Below the pieces are notes generated by a model, which saw only the letters and a list, made by a program, of their open reading frames with translations, had not been told where the DNA came from and did no database searches. From assembly GCA_003427395.1 (NCBI GenBank), contig BFEA01000005.1, positions 6,304,970 through 6,361,307 on the forward strand: a stretch of 56,338 nucleotides of DNA. Direction: 5' to 3'. Shown here in pieces: positions 37,430 to 49,605 of the stretch (position 1 is the first letter of the stretch; each line of letters begins with the position of its first letter). The position numbers and the translations under genes are program-made. Origin of the DNA: Chara braunii (lineage: Eukaryota; Plantae; Charophyceae).

Positions 37430-39420
37430 TTGTCTCTATTTTGATCATTTTTCCCTTATCATGTAAAGCGCTACTTTGGTTCTTTTGTTTATCTTTTCTC
37501 TAAGTTTTGATCAACCTTCTACATGGAACGAAATCAGAATTTTGATTCTTGTCTTTTTTTAGTTTAGTTTCTTTCATCTCTCTTGTTTTGTCCAATCTTT
37601 CACTACCATGTGAATCGCTACTTTGGTTCTTGCTCATTGTAGCCTTGTGCATTTGTTATGTCTTTCTTTTCTCCAAGTTTTGATCAATCTTCCACTTGGA
37701 AGTAAACCGCAACTTCGATTCTTGTCATTTTTCTAGTGTAGTGTGTTTCATCTCTCTTGTTTTGTTTATTTTTCCACTACTACGTGAACTGTTACTTTAG
37801 GTCTTGCTCATACTAGGCTTGTGCATATGTTTTGTCTCTCATTTCTCTAAGTTTTGATCAATCTTCCACTTTGGAAGTAAATCGCAAGTTTGATCCTTGT
37901 TTTTTTCTCATATAGTGTGTTTCATCTATTTTATTTTGTCAATTTTTTCACTACTACGTGAATTGTTAATTTAGGTTTTGCGCATACCAGTCTTGTGCAT
38001 ATGTTTTTTCTCTCATTTCTCTAAGTTTTGATCAATCCTCCACTTGGAAGCAAAAAGCAATTTTGATTCTTGCCTTTTTTTAAACTAGTGTGCTTCATCA
38101 TTCTTGTTTTTTTTGTTCTTCCACTACCATGTGAATCGCTATTTTGGTTTTTGTTCATATTGCCCTTGTGCATGTGCTAAGCCCCTCTTTTCTCAAAATT
38201 AAGACCAATCTTCCACCAGGAAGTAAATTGCAATTTTGATTCTTGCGTTTTTCTAGTGTAGTGTGCTTCATTTATCTTATTTTGTTCATTCTCCAACTAT
38301 AATGTGAATCGTTGTTTCAGTTCTTCCTCATATTTGTCGTGTACATATTTTTGCCTCATTTCTCTCAAAGTTTTCACCAATCTTCCACGTGGAAGTAAAT
38401 CGCAACTTTGATTTTTATCTTTTTTATAGTGTAGTGTGTTTCATCTCTCTTGTTTTGTTTATACTTTCACTACCCTGTGAATCTTTACTTTGGTTTTTGC
38501 TCATACTGTACTTTATTGTATTTTTTTTCTTTCAAGTTTTGATCAATCTTACATTTGGAGTAAATCGCAACTTTGATTCTTGCCTTTTTTAGTGTAGTGT
38601 GATTCATCTTTCTTGTTTTGTCCGTTTTTCAACTACCATGTGAATCGATACTTTGTTTTTTTCTCATACTAACCTTCCGCATATGTTTTGCCTCATTTTT
38701 CTTCAAGTTTTGATCAATTTTTCACTTCAAAGCAAATCGCAATTTTAATTAAGTGTCTTTTTCTAGTGTAGTGTGTTTCATCTATCTTGTTTTATACATC
38801 CTTTCACTTTCACATGAATCGTTATTTTTTGTTTTGCTCATACTAGTTTGTGTTTGTGTTTTGTCATTCTTTTCGTCAAGTTTTGATCAGTTTTGCACTT
38901 TGAAGTAATATTGCAATTTTGATTCCTACCTTTTTCTAATCTAGTGTGCTTCATCTCTCTTGTTTTGTTCATTATTTTACCACCATGTAAATCGTTACTT
39001 TGACTTTTTCTCATGCTAACCTTATGCATGTGTTTTGTCTAATTTCTCTTTAAGTTTTAATCAATCTTCCACTTGGAAGTAAATCGTGACTTTGATTTTT
39101 GCCTTTTTTGGTGTAGTGTGTTTCAAATATCTTGTTTTGTTCGTTTTTCCACTACCATGTGAATCGTTGTTTTGGGTCTTGCTCATACTAGCCTTGTGCA
39201 TGTGTTTTGTTTCTCTTTTCTCGAAGTTTTGATCAATCTTCCACTTGGAAATAAATTGCAACTTTGAGTTTTGCCTTTTCCTAGTGTATTGTGATTCATC
39301 TCTCTTATTTTCTCCATTCTTTCACTAATATGTAAATCGATGCTTTCGTGTTTGCTCATACAAGCCTTGTGCATATGTTTTTTTTTTTTATCGCTATAAT
39401 TTGATCCGTCTTTCACTTAG
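37430..39420 (+). repeat. ~173-bp tandem satellite, ~11-12 copies
   Basis: AAGTTTTGATCAATCTTCCACTTGGAAGTAAATCGCAACTTTGATT recurs near 37502, 37675, 37849, 38023, 38197, 38368, 38534, 38705, 38878, 39052 and 39224. Confidence 0.95.
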
Positions 39421-40000
39421 TAATGGTCCGCTCCACTCTTGGCTGGTTCACTAGTCATGTGTATGTATCTTGTCAAGTCTGACTCATGCACTTTGTCAAT
39501 CCTTCACTAGATTATGTTCCGCTTCACTCATTAGTTGCTTCACTAGTCATATGCAAATATTTTGTCCAGTGTCACTCATGCATCTTGTCAAGTTGTCAAC
39601 CCTTCACTTAGTGATGATCCGATTCACTCTTGGTTGCTTCACTAGTCAAGTATAAGTCTCTTGTCTAGTCTCACTTATGCACTTTGTCAATCCTTCACTT
39701 GGTGATGTTCCGCTTCACCCTTGGTTGCTCCGCGAGTCATGTGCAAATGTTTTATCAAGTTTCACGCTTGTGTTTTGTAAGTTTCTCACTCGATGATATT
39801 TCGCCTCACTGTTGAATGCTTCCACTTGTTATATTTAAGTGGTAAAACTGTGTGCTTGTAACAATTCGCCCCCTTTGTGCTCTATTTGAATATCGCTTCA
39901 CCTCCGCATGCTCTATTTGAACACCGCTTCACCCCCCTCGTGCTCTTTTTGAACACCACTCCATCCCTCCCCGTGCTGTATATGAACACCGCTTCTCTCC
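39420..40000 (+). repeat. Short degenerate repeats (CTTCACT-based units, then four ~31-bp units)
   Basis: CCGCTTCACTCTTGGTTGCTTCACTAGTCA-like units at 39425-39800 and GTGCTCTATTTGAACACCGCTTCACCCC-like units at 39877-40000. Confidence 0.75.
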
Positions 40001-40824
40001 TTCCCGTAACAAGTGTCGGGAATTGTGTCTCCTACGGGCCTAAGTTCTATGTAACTACCTCTTTCGTGTTTTATTTAAATCCACACTAATCCAACTGTAG
40101 ACTAACTGAAATCATGCTTCTTCGAACCAAAAAGTCGTTGGTGCGAAACGGAAAGGAAAAGTAGGTAGAAGGCGACGGCTGCTGCTACTGCTAATAATGA
40201 TGGGAATGTTGATCCTACGGATGTTGTCTGACCAAGAACTTGGTTGTCGCTGTTGTTGAAAACCGTTGTCCAGTATCCGACCAAAAAACCGTTCGAAACG
40301 ACGAACTAACCGGCGCGACCAGGGAATGCCGAAAATCAATCCCGTCAAGCAATGGGGTATGGGGGTTGAGACATGGCATGCCTCATGTCCTGAGGATAGG
40401 TTGATGGCCTGTAAAATTCTCAGGTCATCAAAGTCGAGTTCCCACAAAAACGAAAAATGAACTTCGCCGAACTGTTCGCTTGCAGCCTTAGGCGACGCCC
40501 GAAAAAAGGCAAGTAGGGGCAAACAACTATGGAATGAGGTTCAATTTTAAAAGGGTCATCAGAAAGGTATATACAAAGGGTCAGTGAAGTTACAGACCTA
40601 TCTAACGTCGTTTGGGTCAGCAAACACAAATTGAGTTTTTCGGCTCCTCGTCCCTTAGAAAAATCAACAAAAACAAAGATATGAGAAATCCGAGTTTTTT
40701 GCAAGTTTGAGTTTCGGCAAAATCTAAGTTTCTGCTACGAGTATGAAATTCGCAAGCCTGCGTTTTCTGAGGGTTCGGACGTTGGGACAACACGTGAAAG
40801 ACGAGACTGAAACTTAAAACAAAT

Positions 40825-42275
40825 TATAGCCAATCACCTGACACCTTCCTTCTCCACCACCATCACACGTCCATTATAGCCAACCGACCCACACCTTCTT
40901 CCTCCAACACCTCCATCCATCCTCCGTAGCCAACCACCTCACACATTCTTCCTTCGACACCTCCTACACTCATCCACATAGTCAATCACCTCACATTTTC
41001 TTCCTCCTCCACCTCCTTCACCCATCCACCATACCCGCCCACCTCATACTTTCTTCCTGCTCTACCTCCTTCACTCATCCATCATAGTCGCCCACCCCAC
41101 ACCTTCTTCCTCCTCCACCTCCTTCACCCGTCCACCATAGCCAACCACCTCACACCTTCTTCCTCCTCCACTTCCTTCACCCATCCACCATAGCCACCCA
41201 CCTCACACCTTCTTCCTCCTTCACCTCCTTCACCCATCCACCATAGAAAACCACCACGCACCTTCTTCCTCCCCCACCTCCTTCACTCATCCACCATCGC
41301 CGCCCACCTCACACCTTCTTCCTCGTCCACCTCCATCACCCGTCCACCATAGTCAACCGCCTCACACCTTCTTCCAACCCCACCTCATTCACCCGTCCAC
41401 CATACCGAACCACCTCACACCTTCGTCCTCCTCCACCTCCTTCACCATCCACCGTAGCCGCTCACCTCACACCTTCTTCCTCTTCCACCTCCTTCACCCA
41501 TCCACCATAGGCGCCCACCTCACACCTTCTTCCTTCTCCACCTTCATCACTCGTCCACTATAGCCATCTGCCTTGCACCTTCTTCCTCTCCCACCACCTT
41601 CACCCATCCACCATAACCAGCCACCTCCCACCTTCTTCCTCCTCCACATCCTTCACTCATTCACCATAGCTGCACACCTCACATCTTCTTCCTCTTCCAC
41701 TTCCTTCGTCAATCCATCATAGCCGCCCACCTCACACCTTCGTCCTCCTTCACCACCATCACCCATTCACCATAGCCAACCACCTCACACCTTCTTCTTC
41801 CTCCACCTCCTCCACCCATCCACCATAGCCGCCCACCTCACATCTTCTTCCTCCTCCACCTCCCTCACCCATCCACCATAGCCGCCCACCTCACACGTTT
41901 GTCCTCCTCCACCTCCGTCACCCATCCACCATAGCCGCCCACCTCGCACCTTCCCTCCTGCACCTCCTTCACCCATCCACCATAGCCGCCCACCTCACAC
42001 CTTCTTCCTCCACCACCACCATCAATCCACCATAACCAACCACCGCACACCTTCTTTCTCCTCTAACCCCTTCACCCATCCACCATGGCCAACCACCTCA
42101 CACCTTCTTCCTCCTCCACCTCCTTCGCCCATCCACCATAGCCAACCACCTCACACCTTCTTCCTTCTCCATCTCCTTCACATATCCGCCATAGCCAACC
42201 ACCTCACACCTTCTTCCTCCTCCACCTCCTTCACTCATCCGCCATGGCCAACCACCTAACACCTTCCTCTTCCCT
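40825..42275 (+). repeat. 53-bp C-rich minisatellite, ~27 copies
   Basis: Unit CCATCCACCATAGCCGCCCACCTCACACCTTCTTCCTCCTCCACCTCCTTCAC. Confidence 0.95.
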
Positions 42276-42390
42276 CACCTTATTGGCCGACCGGCGCCGT
42301 GTTCAAAGGAATGTGGGATTGCAAAACATAGGAGGGGTCTTAGGTAGGATGGTAGGACAAGTAGGGGATAAGTTTTGATTAGATTAAGGT

Positions 42391-42473
<83 letters not shown>

Positions 42474-42615
42474 NNNNNNNNNNNNNNNNNNNNNNNNNNN
42501 NNNNNNNNNNNNNNNNNNNNNNNNNNNNNNNNNNNNNNNNNNNNNNNNNNNNNNNNNNNNNNNNNNNNNNNNNNNNNNNNNNNNNNNNNNNNNNNNNNNN
42601 NNNNNNNNNNNNNNN

Positions 42616-42664
<49 letters not shown>
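42391..42664. other. (TC)n microsatellite, assembly gap (N 42474-42615) and (AC)n microsatellite
   Basis: Seen directly. Confidence 0.98.
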
Positions 42665-42667
<3 letters not shown>

Positions 42668-45600
42668 GTTCACTGATCCCCTCTCATCTATCCCTCCCAT
42701 ACTCTAAAGTCTAAGTCTAATCTTAACCCTTCTCTCCCTTCTTCTTTTTTTGGCATGGGACTAATCCTTCCCCGCTCACTTGTCACATTGTCAGGGGACG
42801 AACGATGAAAGAACTTTGGCCTCACTTGGTGGAAAGAGAATCGAGGGGAGGGTTGTCGGTACCTTGCGGCACCAAGAAGGAAAATTGTTTGAGGATTGGA
42901 AAAACTTGTGAGTACAAAGAACTTAAGGATTCATAAGGACTTGAGGATTGACAAGTTCTGAGGCTTGAAAAGACTTGAAGAGTGAAAGAAAGGTCAGCTG
43001 ACTCGTTTAACACCCCGACGTCACGTGAAAGAGAAGAGGATGGTTTGGGCAATGGAAAGGAATGGAGAAGGAAGGAACCAAGGGACAAAGAAAATAAGCA
43101 TGCGGGAGGGATTGTGTGTTGATCCCGAATGAAAGTTGTGCTTGTCTATATTGCATCGAGTGTGTACATGAGTAACTTTAGGATGCCCTGCGCTGGATAG
43201 CGCTTGGAAAGGATGGGCAGCGACAAGGGATAACCCTCTCTAGTGAATGAGTCTATTGTGCATGTTGTCCCGCTTGTGAAAAGAAATATGGTCTGGTTGA
43301 AGGTCTGCGAAAGCAACAGATGGCCGAGAGGGTCACGAAGTCAATTGAAAGTGTGGGCGAGGCCCTGAAAAGACTAAGGGGTGTATAGGCAAGCAACAAG
43401 TCATGATGTGGGAAACATGAACAATGCATGAGATAGAGGAAGTCAACACATAGATCGACTACAGGATAGAGAAGAGGGCGCCCCAGTGACGTGATCGGTG
43501 CCAACGTGAATTAGTCAACATGCCTAAGTCGAGGGACACCCCTCTACATCCAAGACGCTTCTAAGATTCTGCACTTAGTGAATGGATGCGTGGGCCAAAA
43601 AGGACGTTTGACCTACATATAAGAATAAAGGTTTTCAAAGGACCCCTTGACTGCTTGAGTATTGGAAGGGGTAGTTGCATGTGAACATAGCAAAAGTATC
43701 AACGAATGTATGCTTGCGCTAGGAGACGTGTGGGGAGGGGAGGAAGGGGGAGTAGAGAATGGCACAGAAGACAAGTCAACATGCAATCCATATGGGAGAG
43801 AAAAAGGTTTCGATGCACTAGGAGGTAGCTTCGGTGGTTTGCACATGAGAGCAGCGACGCAGCACTACCAGAGGCACATGAGAGCAGCGGCACAACACTA
43901 CCGGGGCCGCTGCATCAAAAACTTTTCTGACATTCTGTGGGCGCGCTGGCCGCCTTCTTGCACTTTCTCGGTTGATTTGAGTGGTGATGGTGTGTGCGTT
44001 GCGCCGACTCTGCGGGTTCATCAATTCTTCTCCTGCGCTTTTGTTGTTAGTGCAGGCGGGAGTTGATGCATATCCAGCATGAATCTTTTACATTTTTCGG
44101 CGTGCTCGTCGGCTTCCGTTCTAATGCACTCTTTGTTGGTTTTCACTGGCGGTGGCGAGTTCGTGGGCATGGCCTTGGAGTCTTCCGATTGTTCAATTTA
44201 TTGCGGGGTGCTGATATGGGGAAAGTTGTCTGGTGCACTGAGATATGCATGTTGCGCTTAAGAGTCTGTTAGTTTGCTACCTTTTTCATATTACAAATCC
44301 GTATAGAGCAGGAACAGAGAAAAAATATTGTGTGCAAGAGCAACGTGAGGTACTTGGGGTGGTAGGGGGGATGCTTCTGCCTTACGGTGTCAGATACGAG
44401 AAGGAGCAGGTCTTCAACAGGAGTGAGTGGTGGAGATAAGTCTTTCTCTTGCTTACTATGATATTGACAGGAGGAGCAAGTTTCGTTTGTGGCACATGCC
44501 TCCTTCGTGTTCCCTCCTTTTCTACCTCTCACTTTCCTCGTTTTGTGTGGCTTTTGCACCACCTTTGGTTGCTTGAACCCTTCATGGAGCTCGTCGGAAG
44601 CCTCAACAAGGACATACTACTATGACAACCTCCTCGTAGTGTTTCAAGGTGGGGGTTGCCCGGTTGGTGCCTTTGTATGTTAGCAACCAGTCATCTCTAG
44701 TGGTTAACTAACACAACGGCCGACGAGGGAGGGGAGGTGTGGTTACCCCTCGTACAAAGGCGGTGGAGGTGAGTATGGTCAGAAGGAGGACAACTACATC
44801 ATGTGGTTACCAGGGCGATGAAGTTGAAGATGGTGACGGTGGCAGAAGACTTCATGAGGAATTTTCGGCTAAATATTTACCTACGAATTCTTGAAATTCT
44901 ATTGATGAATTTTCAATCAACTTTGAATTTCCTTCAGTAGTTGTTTTATGTCTTTTCAGTTTTTAGATCGTGAACGCACCTGGTTTGTGACTATGCATGT
45001 ATGATTCTTAATTCCAACAACAACTTCAACTTTTGGATTTGGTTTCTTGATTCTAAATGTTCGTAAAGCATATCAATGCATAGGTACTAAGACTAATTTC
45101 GAGATTTGAAGATTCAAAAATCAGAATTACATTCTGATCCCTAATTTTTGCCTTCTTAGTTCATCCTTCTAATTAGATGTTTCTCAATTTCGTATTGTTT
45201 GAAGTCCGAAATTAAGAATCAAAAGTCCATTTTGGACGTCTCAAATAGATTTCTAATCACTTTATTCCTGTTCGTCAGAGTCTTTGAATTCAGAATTGTG
45301 ATCGTAAGTTTAACCGTACTTCAGCGAGTTCAATCTGAATTCATTTGTCTAATTTGGTTGGTGCTCGAGATTTTATAGTACTTCGGTGGGTAGGCATAGC
45401 GCGTCTAGTTGGTGATGGGGATAGTGAACTGTATGGGAATATGGTATGTCAGCGTTGTGGCATGGTAAGTCCAGCCAGAGTGGGATTAACAGGGTAGAGG
45501 GGGCATCTTGGGGGGATGACCTCACCTAGTTTGCCATGATTTTCTAATGTACTAAAAAACAAAAGGGATTTGCTAGGTTATGCAATCTGGAGTTGGGGCT

Positions 45601-45882
45601 GTGGTGGCGTTCAGGGGTTCCGTTGTTACTGTTCTGAGGCATTCTCATGGTCTGTGACTGGTTCGGACGACGTTGGCTGACGCTGGGGCTTGGTCGTGCT
45701 GCCTGTTGGAGGGCATGGGGCTTGAGGCAGAACCTAGGGATTTGTCAAGGGAGGGAGGCATTCTACCAAGATTTGGGCCACTAGCCAGCTGATGCTAAGG
45801 CTGCCAAGACGATCGCCAGGTGTTTTCTGGGGCGGTTCGCGCCCCAAAAGTGGGGGTTAATGGAGGGTCCGCTGCTACACAC

Positions 45883-46220
45883 GAGGAGGAGGAGGAAGAA
45901 GAAGAAGAAGAAGAGGAGGAGAGGGATAAGGAGGAGGGCGACAAGGAGGAGGAGGAGGAAGAAGAAAAAGGAATATGAGGTGGGGGCATAGGCGATGGAG
46001 GAAGAGGAAGAGATGAAGGAAGAAGAAGAGGAGGTGGAGAGGAGGAGGAGGAAGAGGAAGAGGAAGAGGAAGAGGACGAGGAGGACGAGGAGGAGTACGA
46101 GGAGGAGGACGAGGAGGAGGACGAGGCCGTGGAGGAGGAGGAATGCGCCGTGGTGATGGAGGAAGGGGAGGAGGAGGAAAAAGAAGAAGAACAGTAGGGT
46201 GAGAAAGAGGAGGAGGAGGA
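45883..46220 (+). repeat. (GAG/GAA)n purine-rich low-complexity tract
   Basis: Seen directly. The acidic frame is interrupted by stops. Confidence 0.9.
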
Positions 46221-46799
46221 TGCCTTCTTTTTTTTCGCCGTAATCTTTGGTGATTTTTCTTTTTTTTTATATAACTTCAAATTGATTGAAAACTTACAAG
46301 GGTATACCTCACGTCTCAAAGAACCCACAAGAATTTTTTCCGAAGAAAAAATAAAAAATTTAAGCCCTAAAATGAAATAAAACAGAAAAAAGAACGCAGA
46401 AAAACTTCAAAAAATGAAATAGAGACTTGGAAAGCACATTGTTTGCACCGTCATCTTTGGCGATTGTTATTTTTTTTCCCTGGGATGATTTCATGCCCGG
46501 CCGGTCCAGTCCCGGACGTGCAAAAAAAAAAAAAAAAAAAAAAAACTTTGTTTTTTTTTTTGCTTTTCTGCGCTCTCCCAGAGGATGCCAAATCCGGGCT
46601 CATTTCTTTTTTCGCAAGTTGGCATTCAAGGGGGGGGAAGGGGGGTATAAATTGATTTTAAAGGGGCTAAAGGGGTCTAAGGGGGGGCTTAGTGTGATTC
46701 TGTTATTTTCTTTTTTATATCCGCTTCCATGAGGAATTCTTTTTTTTTTTTTTTTTCCAAACCACTCGGTTTTGGCTCCTGCCATTCTAGGGAGCGACA

Positions 46800-47560
46800 G
46801 TCTGGTTCCTATTCCCCCGACAAGTCAAAGATGAATACAAATAGTCACGATAGTCACACACACACGCTGCTCCCCATTCCGGTTGAGAGGTCCGAGTAGA
46901 CGACATTGATTACTTTCTTTGGGAAGTATATACCACCCCTCACCCCTGCCTAAGTTAGCCTACTTGACTTAGGTTCTGACTGCTGTAAATAAGTTGATCT
47001 CTATGTACCCTGAATGGGGTGCTTGACTGGTATACGATGGCTTGGCCAGGTTGTTCCTCTCAACTACTTTGCTATCTAATCCGGACTTGAATGTTGGAGA
47101 TGCTTGTATGCTTCGTATACTAAATGATCTGCTGCCGAAGGTGGTTTCCATTGTCTATTCCTTAAACCTTAACCTTATTCTTTTGTCTTTCTCTCACCTT
47201 CAGTCTATAGGCCTGCCATAATTGATTACCCTGTTTCCAGGGGATTGACTGCACAAGGTTAGTATTAGATTTGTTGGAATGAAGTACGCTTTGGGCGTCT
47301 TCTGTGTGCTCGTCTTTGCTCCTCAATTTGCTCCATACCATTGAATATCTACCATTGTCAACTGGTGAGGCGGGAAGGGATTGGCAAATTCTGTGGATGG
47401 TCGCAGCGGGATCTCCTGACCCACCAATGTCCCATCTTTGAAGCAAATACGGTAATCCATTTCTAACTCTTCCTGATGGCATTCCTGGGTAGGCCTGCCA
47501 TCCCAACTGACGGAGGCAATCCAACCCCCGTTCTCACTGCCCAACCAGTCACCCGATAAT
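46800..47560 (-). pseudogene. Coding-like decayed fragment, possibly the ORF2 C-terminal region of another LINE
   Basis: SGDWLG...DGTL segment loosely resembles EGDWVN...DNVL in the LINE at 50161-50934. No diagnostic motif. Confidence 0.25.
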
Positions 47561-47968
47561 TGCTAAATTGTTTGTGTTATACTGTGTGTCTTTTTAGCGG
47601 GGAATTGGGGAATTAAACTCTCGTTGAATCCTGTTGAAACTGAAAAAATCCCATTGAAACTGAAAAAATCCCGTTGAATTCCCGTTAAACGTGAAAATGG
47701 ACCGCTCCCGCGCTTTTCGAAAAAACGGAATTGATGTGCGGGGTCCGGAACACGTGGCCCTAGGCACCTGCGCACTCAACCCCCCCCCCCGCTAAAAAAA
47801 AAAAGCATTCCCCCAACCCTGAAGCACCTCTTTTACCACCGAATGAGACCAACACCGACAGGCCTGCCACCCACCACTGACCAACCCCTCGGCACCAGTC
47901 CCCAAGCCTACCCTGAAGCCCTCTAAATTACCCGTCCCCACATTCCCCAACCCCTAAGGCCTCCAGTT

Positions 47969-48245
47969 ATGTGTGTGCAGATGTGTTGTGTGAGCGTATG
48001 TGTGTATGCGTGTGTTTGTGTGTGTCACTGTGAGAGTGTGTTTGTGCATGGATATGTATGTATGCGCTTGTGTTTGTGCATGTGTGTTTGTAAGTGTGTG
48101 TGTGTGCATGATTATTGGCGTGTGTGTGCGTGTGTGTGTGCATGTGTGTGTGTGTGCATGTGTGCATGTGTGTGTGCATGTGTGCATGTGTGCGTGCATG
48201 TGTGTTTGTGTGTTTGTGTGTGTTGTGTGCTTCTATGTGTGTGTC
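47969..48245. repeat. Degenerate (TG)n/(TGCATG) microsatellite
   Basis: Seen directly. Confidence 0.95.
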
Positions 48246-48372
48246 TGTCTGTTTTTCCTTTTTTTAAACCACCAGTACCTCCAAGCCTGTTTTTGCCGAC
48301 CCTGATTTTCACTGCGCTCCGAGTTTTGCCGAACCTGGGTCCCACTCCATTTCTTTATGGTACTCTCACAGG

Positions 48373-48405
<33 letters not shown>

Positions 48406-49605
48406 CGGCCGTGAAAACTCACAAAACAAGAAAACGAAACAAACGTCTGGGCGTGATTGCAGCTGTATACATTCTCGGAAGTGTTAGTGTGAGTGTACCC
48501 TCAGTGAGGGCATCTCAATCTCGTGGCCAGGTTGTCAGATTCTAGAAACTCAAAAAAAAAAAAAAAAACAGGAACACGGATTCGGTCGTGAAAATGGCAA
48601 GATACATTCCCGTAAGTGTCAGTGTGATCAGGGTTACAATCCTGTGAGGGAACACAGCTCGAGCAGAGCACGGACTCAGATTGTCAAATTCCAAAAAAAC
48701 AAAACAAGAAAAAAAAAAACGAAAACATGGATTCGGCCTTGAAAACGGCTGGATACATCAGGGTTACAATCATCTGAGGAAACACAGCTAGAGCAGATCA
48801 CGGATTGCACCCTGCCTCGTTGGCAGGGGATACATAACAAACAAAAGAGAAAAAAAAAAAAAAAAACAATAAGTTTCAGAATGTGACCGTCTTTGTTGTA
48901 AGATGCATTCAAGACTGTGAGCACGGCCTCCTAGACTACCCTGCCCGACATCATTGCAGTACAAAGGGTTTTTTTTTTCCTTTTTCTTTCGTGCACGGAC
49001 AAAAGAAAACTACGTTTTTTGGGACATTGCCGACCCTGTGTCCGACCCCCGAAAACTTCGGGTACTGGCCAGGACAATGTAATTTCCCAACAATGGCGGA
49101 GGTACTGGTGGTTTAATTTGTTTTTACGTTGTTGGTTTTTTTTTTTAATACATGAAGTTAAAAAAAAAAAAAAAATGCTGTTGTACATCTTTGAAATATC
49201 TATAACCCTATTATTTTTATTTTTTTCTACCTTTTTTTTAGCCCTAGAAAAACCTCTGTGACAAAAAAAAACACTAATTTCATCTTTTGTTTTTGTTTTT
49301 TTTTCACCATGTTGATGTTTTTGATTTTTTTTAAATATTTTTAAAGTGAAAAAATAAAAAATAAAAAGATGAGGCAGATTTAAGAAAGATATACAATCCC
49401 CATTTTTCTTTTTTTTCCGATAATTTTTAGCCCGCGAAACAAATCACCAGGGGTGCTGGTAAAACCCGTTGTTTCAGCGTTTAAACGAGGTATTCAACGA
49501 CGGTTTAATTATTCAACACGAAACCCACATTGAATCCAATTTCAAACACACAGGTGTTATGTCTTTGGATGAATGAAACAAATCCAATTGATTTTTAACT
49601 TTTTG

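Noticed and set aside
42275-42707. ORFs across the microsatellites and N gap, and similar ORFs at 47954-48487
   Set aside because: They are translations of dinucleotide repeats and Ns.
42800-44850. Coding-like composition suggesting a decayed gene or transposase; similar at 14700-15400 and 16500-17450
   Set aside because: No diagnostic motifs could be read, so no call is supportable.
45795-46328. Poly-Ser (minus) or poly-Glu (plus) protein
   Set aside because: This is a trinucleotide low-complexity tract, and the acidic frame has stops.
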